DNA from: Chiloscyllium plagiosum
Taxonomy: Eukaryota
Assembly: GCF_004010195.1 (NCBI RefSeq)
Contig: NC_057718.1
Coordinates: forward strand, 66,597,351-66,661,350
Direction: 5' to 3'
Length of the DNA stretch: 64,000 nt
Below, piece after piece: positions 52,786 to 64,000 of the stretch. The notes beneath the pieces are model-generated. The model was not told the DNA's origin and ran no database searches. It saw only the letters and a list, made by a program, of their open reading frames with translations. The stretch's first letter is position 1; the number at the start of each line of letters is the position of its first letter. Made by a program: the position numbers and the translations under genes.

Positions 52786-53845
52786 CACTGGACTATTGGA
52801 TGACACACTAAAGAGGCTCCATCAGCTCTTTCAAGTGTGAGAAAAGATTTTTTGAAGATTGCGGCTTCTTGATGCTCCGGACAATATTTATCCCTCAACT
52901 GACATATCTGAAATGTTGGACTTTGAAAAATCATTTGAAGTGCCATATATCAGACTGTAGCAAATTGAAGACCATGGGATTAAAGGGCAGTGACACTAAA
53001 CTGTTTGCAAAATAGACATTAGTTGTGGACAACAATTTCTCTGGCTGGACGCAAGTAAATATTGGTGTTCCCCAGGCACTGATATCAGGAATACTGTTGT
53101 TTTTGATATAATATAATAGAAACTGCACTTCAATAGCACTGTATTGTCCATTACGATTACAAAAAATCGTAAGAATAAGTTATTTTTAAGGCCATATCAA
53201 CAGCAACATGTGATGAGAGATTAACCAGAGCGTTCTTATCATAAAGCCATTAACTTAACTACTTGCAAGAAACCACAGTTCTTAACTTAATAATGAACCT
53301 GCTGTATAGTCACAATGAACATACTTATAATTTACCTCCTCCCTACTCAAATAAATATCTGAACTGACTATCAGACAAGCATGAATAGTTGCAAGTTGTT
53401 GCTGTCTCCTCCATAAGAAGGAGCCCTATTAAGCAGCCTAACAGTGAAATCAGACTTTAGTTTGACTATTTGGAGGATCAAAGTTAGTGGAATTCAGGTT
53501 CCATAATAGCCAGGGTATTTGTTAAGTGTTATCTTTCTACATTACTTACCAGTTTAAGAAACAATGTGGCTCATTCATTTCATCCTTCTGTTAATTCTGT
53601 TTGTGAGTTACATAAACTATTTAAGATTAGCTTCAGGTTTACAAATATTTTAATATGTTATTTTATATGTTAGAAAATCTGACCTCATCAAGAACTTGCA
53701 TTTTATAGGCAAATCATTCACTGGTTTAAAGCATTAGAAACTTACAGTACTTCTGTAGCACCTGGCACACGGTTTTCACTCAATACATGTCAACAGAGAG
53801 ATCACACTTTTAATTATAGTTGAAAAAGTATTGTATTCATAAACA

Positions 53846-54268
53846 AGGCTGAACAGGCTGGGGCTGTTTTCCCTGGAGCGTCGGAGGCTGAGGGGTGACC
53901 TTATAGAGGTTTACAAAATTATGAAGGGCATGGATAGGATAAATAGGCAAAGTCTTTTCCCTGGGGTTGGGAACTAGAGGGCATAGGTTTAGGGTGAGAG
54001 GGGAAAAGATATAAAAAAAGAGACCTAAGGGGCAACCTTTTCACGCAGAGGGTGGTACGTGTATGGAATGAGCTGCCAGAGGATGTGGTGGAGGCTGGTA
54101 CAATTGCAACATTTAACAGGCATTTGGATGGGTATATGAATAGGAAGGGTTTGGAGGGATATGGGCCGGGCGCTGGCAGGTGGGACGAGATCGGGTTGAG
54201 ATATCTGGTTGGCATGGACGGATTGGACCGAAAGGTCTGTTTCCATGCTGTACATCTCTATGACTCTA
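53846..54268 (+). mobile_element. CR1 3' end
   Basis: RVWNELPEDVVEAGTIATFNRHLD; ctatgactct tail. Confidence 0.9.
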
Positions 54269-54574
54269 AGTCTTTTTCTTTTCACTTTCTACGTCTTATT
54301 TACCAATTTGTCATGAATTATTTTTACTGTTGTATTATACATCAACTTTGTATTATGATCGGAGTATGACATTTAAAATAACACTAAGTCAATGACTAAT
54401 CTTTGAAAAATTGAATTATTCAATAACTTATAGCGACAATGAAGCATCATTGACATTAGGTAGAACCAACTAGCATCCTGAATTCATATTTTGCATATTC
54501 TTTCATTAAAGCAATGAAGTTAAAATAAATTCTAAGGAGGAAAAATTCTCAGATCAACTAATTACTGAAGAATC

Positions 54575-54960
54575 ATCCAGTGAAGCTTTGTGGGTGGAGC
54601 TAAGAAATAAAAAGCAGATGGTGACGTTATTGGGGTTGTACTATAGACACCCAAATAGACAACGGGAATTAGACAAACAAATATGCAGGGAGATTGGGGA
54701 GACTTGCAGAACAATTAGGGTTGTCACAGTGAAGGATTTTAATTTTCCTAACATAAACTGGAACTACCATAGCATTAAGAGTTTAGATGGGGTGGAGTTT
54801 TGTTAAGTGCTTCAGGAAAGTTCCCTCAAGCAGTATATAGAGGATCCTTCTTGGGAAGGGCAAAACTCAACTTACTCTTGGAAAATAGGGTAAGATAAGT
54901 GACTGAGATGACAGTGAGGGAGCACCTTGGGACCAGTGACTATAATTCTTTTAATTTTAA
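54575..54960 (+). mobile_element. CR1 endonuclease fragment
   Basis: WVELRNKK..LLGLYYRHPN..DFNFPNINW. Confidence 0.8.
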
Positions 54961-57290
54961 AATACTTATCACAACACAACGCCATCCATGCTCTCAAAAC
55001 CAATCGCAACATTGTCATCAAACCAGCAAATAAAGGAGGCGCCATTGTCGTTCAGAATAGAATGGACTACTGCAAGGAAGTATACCGACAACTGAACACC
55101 CAGGAATGCTACAGACAACTACAGGTCGATCCAACCAAAGAATACACCCGTGAACTGAACACATTGATCAAGACTTTTCATCCAGTCCTTCAGGGTTCCC
55201 TATGCACCCTCATCCCATATACTTCTCACATAGGGGACTTCTACTGTTTTCCAGAGACACACAAAGCCAACACCTGCACATCCCACTGTATCAGGCAATG
55301 CGACCCTGTGTGACATCCTTTCTGGCTACATCAAAGGCATCTTGAAACTCATTGTAGTGGAGACCTCCAGTTTCTGTAAGAAGCCCTACAGATTTCTTAC
55401 AGAAACCCAGCACCCACGGACTAGTCGATCCGGGAACATTCCTCCTCACAATGGATGCTTCAGCACTCTACACCAGCAACCCCCACGATGGTGGCATCGC
55501 TGCAACAGCCCCAGTACTCAATACCAACAATGCCAATCTCTGAGCTTATCCTACAACTCATCCACTTTATCCTCGACTACAATGTTTTTACTTTTGACAA
55601 ATAGTTCTTCATCCAGACACATGGAACAGCTATGGGGGACCAAAGTAGCACCAACATGCCAACGTTTCATGCACAGATCTGAACAAGACTTTTTTGCTGC
55701 ACAGGACCTGCGCCAACTAACAATACACCAGATATTTTGATGACATTTTCTTCCTCTGGAACCATGGCGAGGAGTCACTGCAGCAACTACACAGTGATAT
55801 CAATGAGTTTCATCCAACCATCAGACTTGCCATGGACTACTCTTTAGTATCTGTCTCATTCTTGGACACATGCATCTCCATCAAGGATGGGCATCTGAGT
55901 ACCTCACTCTACTGCAAACCCACAGATAACCTCACATTGCTGCACTTCTCTAGTTCCACCCTAAACATATTAAAACAGCCATCCCCAACAGACAAGCCCT
56001 ATGCATACACAGGATCTGTTCAGATGAGGAGGAATGTGACAAACACGTGAAGGTGCTCAAAGATGCGATCATAAAACCAGGGTACGATACTCAACTCATT
56101 AATCGCCAGTTCTGACATGCCACAGCGAGAAACTGTAATGACCACCTCAGGGAACAGACACAGGTTGCACCCAATAGGGTACCCTTGATTATCCAGTACT
56201 TCCCGGGAGCCGAAAAACTACGCCATGTTCTTTGCAGCTTGCAACACATTATCGACAAGGATGAGCATTTTGCCAAGAACTTCTCTACCCTCCATTTCTC
56301 ACCTTTAAACAACTGCCAAACCTTAAACAGACAATTGTTTGCAGCAAACTACCTAGCCTTCAGGACAACATCTAACAACACCATACAACACTCTCATGTC
56401 AACCACTGCAAGGTGTGTCAGACTGTCAACATGGATACCACCATTACCCGTGGGACACCACCCACCGTATATGTGGCAGGTACTCATGTGAATCAGCCAA
56501 CGTTGTCTATCTCAGACACTGCAGGCAAGGGTACTCTGAGGTATGCTAGATTGGCAAGACCAAGCAGATGCTATGACAACAGATGAATGGACACTGCGAA
56601 ACAATCAACAGACAAGGGTAATCACTCTCAGTTGGGGAGCAGTTCAGCGGTCAGGGACATTCAGTCTTGGATCTTCGAGTGACCATCCTCCAAGGCGGAC
56701 TTCAGGATAGGCAACAATGCAAAGTGGCCGAGCAGAGGCTGATAGCCAAGTTTGGTACCCATGAGGATGGCCTCCACTGGGATCTTGGGTTCATGTTACA
56801 CTATAAGTGACACGATACATTCTCTCTCACACAGGCACTCTTTCATACTCATACACTCACGCAGAACCTCTCTCTCTCAGACACGCACCCCCACACCTTC
56901 TCACAGGCTTAAACTCCATTACACACCCTTTACCAAGCTTTTACCACACACTCTCTCATACACACACACAAACTTTCTCTCATGCACATACACACAAGTG
57001 TATGGGGTGAATTTGAATTTGCAGATGCATTCTATTTTGCTCAAATAATGCACAATCTGCAAGTAGTCAATGCAGGCAGTCAATACATTTAATATTTTGT
57101 AAATTCTACTTTGGAAACAAAACCAATCTGACTCAACATTGGGATACAGACAGACTCTGACTTCACCCCTCTAATGCACTGCCTGAGCTGAGATGTCATC
57201 TTTTGTTATAAAACCTTAAGTTATCTTGAGAATGTGACTGAAAAGAAGTTCTGGGATTTATGTATTAATGAATCGAAACATGCAATCCAT
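54961..57290 (+). mobile_element. Penelope-like element (RT and GIY-YIG, frameshifted)
   Basis: NIVIKPANKGGAIVV, SVSFLDTCISIKDGHLSTSLYCKPTD, VTILQGGLQDR..EQRLIAKFGTHEDGL. Same family as 35760-37491. Confidence 0.9.
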
Positions 57291-57294
57291 TCTA

Positions 57295-58230
<936 letters not shown>

Positions 58231-58809
58231 CTACATGAATACAAAGTGATAATTATGTTACAAAGTTCTTGTCTTTTATCCACACCTTCCAAGTGAAAAT
58301 GTGATTAATACAGAATTCAGTATAGTGACTTCATAGTTTATTTACTTAAAAGATAAAAGTTGGGACATCAAGATGGAGGCAATTCTACTTCAAAGTATTC
58401 CACACATGAATAGAATGAAGTTTACAGTAGTTGGAGATGGGAAGGCTCTGCATAAGTATTAGAACAACATTGATAGTGTTTAGATCTTATATAAGAGGTC
58501 TATTTTGGTGAAGGGATCCAATATTTGCCTCAAGATAATGATGATTTTCAAATACAATTTTACATGAAAAACACTTCTGTTTATTTTGGGAAATTGCTAC
58601 TAGAGCTCAAACAACTTGAGTTTTGTGTAACAATAAAAACTGAGTAAATATCAGGTTAACTATTTGAAGCCAAATCCAAATAAGCATTAAAAAAACTAAG
58701 ATCATATTTATACTGACTGTTTTACTCATTTTCCCATCATTGTCTTGGCTGCCTTTTCAGCTTGTAAAGTTTAAATCAAGCCACCTTTCAATACTGCTTA
58801 TTTACATTA

Positions 58810-59040
<231 letters not shown>

Positions 59041-60477
59041 TCATCAAATTACATTATATAGATTGAACAGAAAAAGAGAGAAACAGACTCCGGAGTGTAG
59101 AATACAGGCCTCTTAAGAGTCAACTATATCTAGACATCGTTAAGGGTCAGAAACAGGAGGGAAGTAATAGTAGCAGACTTCAACCAACCTAGTAGTAGCT
59201 TGGATAAGATCTGTGTTAAAGGAGAGAGAGCACAAAATCCTTAGAATGCTTCAGAAGATCATTTTGTAGCCAGAGTTAAACAAATCCAGCAAGAGAATAG
59301 ACAATTCTGAACTTAGGGTTTTTGAAATGAAACAAAAAAGTACGGAGTGCTTCCTGGTGGTAATAATCATAATTCAGTTAGATTTCATGCAGTGTAGATA
59401 ATATTAAATAGAAGCCTACAGTAAAAGTCTGATTTGGGAAAAGGTTAATGTTATGTAGTAATGTGTTTTGGCAAAATTGCTACTTAAAGGTAAATTAGTG
59501 TCAAAAGCAATGTGAGTCAGTTTCTCAATCTCAGAAACAGATGGAGAGAATTCAGAACACATATTTCCTCGAAGAAAAAAGTGGGGATGGTTGGGGGCTT
59601 GTAAATCTGGACTCGTCCTCAGACCTTGATCTCAAAGAGCATTTGTGGTAAGACAAGGCAAAAAAGGGAAGCTTTAGTCAGTTGCAGAGAGCTCAACACT
59701 GCAGAAATTTCAGGGGAGTGTGGAAAAATGCAGAGGTGAAATTGAAAAGAAAATTGTCAGTGTAGGTATGAAATTATACTGGCAAGTAAATCAGAGAAAA
59801 CACAAATATGTTGTATAAACATACTAAGAGTAAGAAAGTAACCAGGGAAATATTGCAGCAGAAGGATCAACAGGATGTTAAAGAAAAATATTTTCTTCAA
59901 AAGGATCTTCAAACAACTGCTGTTTTTGATGTGACCTGGTCCTTGGTGTATTGTGCATAATTTCAAGATTTCAAATGAAATTAAACTGGCAAGTATAGTA
60001 CAGTGCAGAAAATAATAACATACATTATAGATATTGGTGAAATCGGCCAACACATAACAGATGAAAAATTAATGTTGAACAGTCTGATACATCTATTATT
60101 CAAACACACTATCAAAAAAGAATTAATTTGTAAAAGCCATTTATGAAATATTACAGCACAGGAGGCCTTTCAGCACACTGTGCCTACATCATTACCTAGA
60201 GACAATCTCTTGCCTTTGAATAATTATTTAGATAAAATAATATGCAATGTCCTCGAGAGCCTCAATTGAACCTGCCTCTACCACAATTCTAGGCAGTGCA
60301 TTCCATACCCTAAATAGTCGCTAAATGAAAACGTTTTTTTTCCCCACACTTCATCCTTGTTTCTTCAACAGATCACTTTAAAAACATCCCTTGTTCTTGT
60401 TCCATTTATAAAAGGGAATCATTTCTTGATGTCTGTTCTATCCAGCCTACTCGTGATTTTGAAAATCTGGATCAGAT

Positions 60478-61620
60478 AGAGTCATAGAGCTGTACAGCAT
60501 GGAAACAGATCCTTCAGTCCAATCCGTCCATGCCGACCAGATATCCCAACCCAATCTAGTCCCACCTGCCAGCACCCGGTCCATATCCTTCCAAACCCTT
60601 CCTATTCATATACCCATCCAAATGCCTTTTAAATGTTGCAATTGTACCAGCCTCCACCACATCCTCTGGCAGCTCATTCCATACACGTACCACTCTCTGT
60701 GAATAAGTTGATCTCTTCTTAGCCTTCTTCTCTCCAAGAAGAAGTCCCAACTTCTTCAACATATCCTCGTAACTGAAGTTTCTCATCCTTGGGATCATTC
60801 TTGTAAATTGCTTTTGTACTCTCTCCAACGTGATCACATCGTTCCTATAGTATAGTGTTCAGAACTGTACTTAATATTTCAGTTGACATCCAACAAGTTT
60901 AAGAATCTTAAAGAAGTTCAATATCACCTCTTCACTCTTGTACTCTATGCCCCTATTATTAAGGCCAAGGACTCTGCTTTTACAGCTCTTACCATATGTC
61001 CTGCCACTTTCAATGATCTGTGCACCTTTAAATCTTGGTCCACTCACTAGCCCCTTCCCCCTTTGTAGCCCCTACTTTATATTGTCTTTCAATATTCTAC
61101 CAAAATACATGACTTCACAATTCTCTGCATTCAACCCAATTTCCACCTATCTTCCCACTCCACAATCTTGTCTATGTTCTTCTCACCATTTACAATTTTT
61201 GTGTTATCTGCTAACTTTGAAACTGTCTCCTGCACACAAAGATCTGGATCATTAATAAATACCAAGAAAAGTAAGGGTATCAAAACAGTTTCCTGGTGAA
61301 CACTACAAACTTTCATCCAGCCTGAAAAATATTCGTTGTCTGTTGTTTGGTTTCTTATCAAACAGTCAACTTTGTATCCATGTTGCTACTGACCCTTTTA
61401 CTTCTTCAAAATCTCTAACTTTCCTCACAAGTCTGTTGTTATGTGTATCTGAATCAAATATCTCCTGAAGGTACATGTTCACATCAATAGCGTTACCCTT
61501 ATTGAACCTTTCTGTTACTGCTGCAAAAGACTACAGCAATTTAGTTACAAGACAATTTCCCCTTTGGAAATCCATGCTGACTCTTGCCAATCAACCCATC
61601 TTTTGCTATGTAATCTAATA
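60478..61620 (-). mobile_element. Young CR1 3' end (60478-60700) inserted in an older CR1
   Basis: ORFs 60556..60837 and 61131..61361 (LERVQKQFTRMIP, KLADNTK). Confidence 0.8.
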
Positions 61621-61629
61621 ATTTTATTT

Positions 61630-62222
61630 GGAAAGGCAAGGACTGATTAGGGATAGTCAACATGTCTTTGTGTGTGGGAAATCATGTCTCACAAACTTGA
61701 TTGAATTTTTTGAGGAAGTAACAAAGATGATTGATGAGGGCAGAGTGGTAGATGTGATCTATATGGATTTCATAAGACGTTCGACAAAGTTCCCCATGGG
61801 AGACTGATTAGCAATGTTAGATTTCACGGAATACAGGGAGAACTAGCCATTTGGATACAGAACTGGCTCGAAGGTAGAAGACAGAGGGTGGTCATGGAGG
61901 GTTATTTTTCAGACTGGAGGCCTGTGACCAGTGGAGTGCCACAAGGATCGGTGCTGGGTACTCTACTTGTTGTCATTTACATAAATGATTTGGATGCGAA
62001 GTACAAGTAGTAAGTTTGCAGATGATAACAAAATTGGAGGTGTAATGAACAGCGAAGAGGTTTACCTCAGATTACAACGGGATCTGGATCAGATGGGCCA
62101 ATGGGCTGAGATGTGGCAGATGGAGTTTAACTCAGATAAATGCAAAGTGCTGCATTTTGAGAAAGCATATCTTAGCAGGACTTATACACTTAATGGTAAC
62201 GTCCTAGGGAGCGTTACTAAAC
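61630..62222 (+). mobile_element. CR1 RT fragment
   Basis: [34 protein letters not shown]. Confidence 0.9.
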
Positions 62223-62910
62223 ATTTTTAAGGGGAAATTTGCAGAGCTATGAGGAAAGAGCACATGATTTTTCTTTTAATGTAGTTTCTAATAACTTTTA
62301 ATGATCCTACTTCAATTCAAATAGCATTCCACAGCAGGAAGTAAACTAGGAAACCATATCATCACTGACTAAATTAAATTTTGGTTCTCAATTGTGAATT
62401 GACAAAAGCCAAAAACTGCTACAGTTTCATCTACGTATTTACTTTAAGCAGACTGATTCTCAAGTGCCAAGCCATTGTCTCAAGAGCCAAGCCATTGTCT
62501 CAAGATTGAGTGAAGCAGTTCAACTTTTGTTCCATCCAAAATATAACATTATCTGAAGATTGTTTTGAGAAATTCTCTTTCAGGATAGGGTTATAATGAA
62601 ATTTAACATTAAATATAATCTGGATTATAATGTATATACATTGGAATTTTATTCTGAGATGTTTTCTCAATTTTATTTTAAAATATTAATATACAGATTT
62701 ATCATTAACTCTATTTATTAAATGAAGTACACATAGTTCACAGTAGTAACATGTTTAAATAACTGAGTTCACTGATTTGTACATGACGATTTAATCAAAC
62801 AACATCCTAGTCACAGACATGTAAGAATGAGAAGATGCACTGATAAAATGTTGATGCTTTAAGTGTAAAAGTAGAGAGTAAAATCTTAAATCTAATATTT
62901 AAAATGTTCA

Positions 62911-63057
<147 letters not shown>

Positions 63058-63063
63058 TTACAT
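63058..63063 (-). promoter_or_regulatory. Minimal uORF (ATG TAA start-stop) in the TFB1M 5'UTR, 12 nt upstream of the main ATG
   Basis: The exon reads ag|GA ATG TAA AGA GCT TGC ACC ATG ACA. Confidence 0.6.
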
Positions 63064-63749
63064 TCCTGAAAGAATAGAATAATAAGTTACCAAACAATAC
63101 ACTATTACAGGAAAGACTTCTCAAATTCATAATGTCTTTTAGATTAAATTGGGAATTGCATTGGCATTTACTTATTAGTGTTTAACAACTGTTGAGCAGC
63201 CAGAGGTTACTGGCATCAGTTCGTCTGGGTTGGACCCCTCAGATCAATTTTGCAGTTTACCAATATCAGATGGAGAAAACACTTCAATATATGGTCGATT
63301 ATAACATTTAATTATATTATTCCACAGGCCATCTAACAGGTTATTAACAACTATTCATATTGTAGCGTTGTTGATATATTTCACCCCGAGTAGTATGCAG
63401 ATGCACATCATTCCACAGGGTACCTGCACAAAATCTGACTTCACAAAAAACTAATGTAATTTGACATTGATTTTTGTCAGTACCACAGTACATTTCAAGT
63501 ATAGACGTGCAGAAATTCCACATTTCCTAACAGCTTCTCACTGCAGAATACGTGATCATGAGGCCCAAGAAAAATGATGGCATACAGCAGCAACTCATTG
63601 GTGCCATATTTTGGATCATGCAATGTATCTTTTCGCCCATTTCTCACACAGCAGTGCCACATTACACAATGAATAAAATAGGTTACAAGCACTAAAAAAC
63701 TTTAAAATGGCCTAAAATGTCTGCTCAGAATAGACTGGTAAGAAAATAA

Positions 63750-64000
63750 GAAGTAGGAGCAGGAATAGGCAATTCTAGCCCTCAGGGCTAATCTGCTATT
63801 TAATATGATCATGGCTGATGTTGTCTCAGCCTCAACTCCACTATTGCATGCTTGCCATAATCTTTCAACCTGTTACTAATTAAAAATATATCTATCTATC
63901 TCCTCCTTAAATATTTAGTAAGTGTCCCAGCAACAACCCACTCTGGGGTGGTGAATTCCACAAATTCATGACCCTTTGAAAAGAATAATTTCTCATCTGT
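63750..64000 (-). mobile_element. CR1 3' end fragment
   Basis: ataagaagtaggagcaggaataggc...atcatggctgat...gaattccacaaattca. Confidence 0.7.

Larger units (their letters stand above)
42880..52790 (+). mobile_element. Gypsy LTR retrotransposon, heavily nested: 5' LTR from ~42880, gag ~47200, pol ~48000-52300, PPT ~52409-52424, 3' LTR from ~52440
   Basis: The two LTR segments align (tgtaacaaggtcagccaagtggacc...ctgactggggctgttaatctggtccaa at 42889; tgtaatgaggccagccaggtggac...ctgactgggttgttaatctggtccaa at 52440). gag remnant LFGKL..DWAQYMKRVHYFFQTNDI; pol remnants INTHKDLYQYVRLPSGVS, HKPLL, LVTDKGPFFTS, APYHPSS. Confidence 0.8.

Noticed and set aside
62466..62504. Tandem duplication gccaagccattgtctcaaga x2
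   Set aside because: Ordinary short slippage duplication with no evidence of function.

Overview
Eukaryotic, repeat-rich genomic DNA, very probably from a shark: it carries HE1-type V-SINEs, abundant CR1 LINEs and Penelope elements. A carpet/bamboo shark is a guess only. The window spans most of one minus-strand gene, TFB1M (mitochondrial 12S rRNA dimethyladenosine transferase). I read six coding exons by hand (63045-62916, 58991-58840, 58230-58122, 39833-39682, 25057-24938, 9491-9364). They have GT-AG boundaries and continuous phase; the last exon appears to lie beyond position 1. The introns hold nested, decayed mobile elements: CR1, Penelope/GIY-YIG, Rex/Babar-like, Tx1-clade, Gypsy, Tigger/pogo, SINEs, and a degraded spuma/loki-like endogenous retrovirus. 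Most notable: (1) a Tx1-clade LINE and its short head/tail derivatives inserted repeatedly at the same site in both LTRs of a Gypsy element, suggesting LTR-targeted retrotransposition; (2) short fold-back Penelope-related elements with 14-15 bp target-site duplications and minimal hammerhead ribozyme cores; (3) the fossil retrovirus; (4) an AUG-UAA start-stop element just upstream of the TFB1M start codon. Repeat boundaries are approximate and family names come from motif recognition, not database searches.
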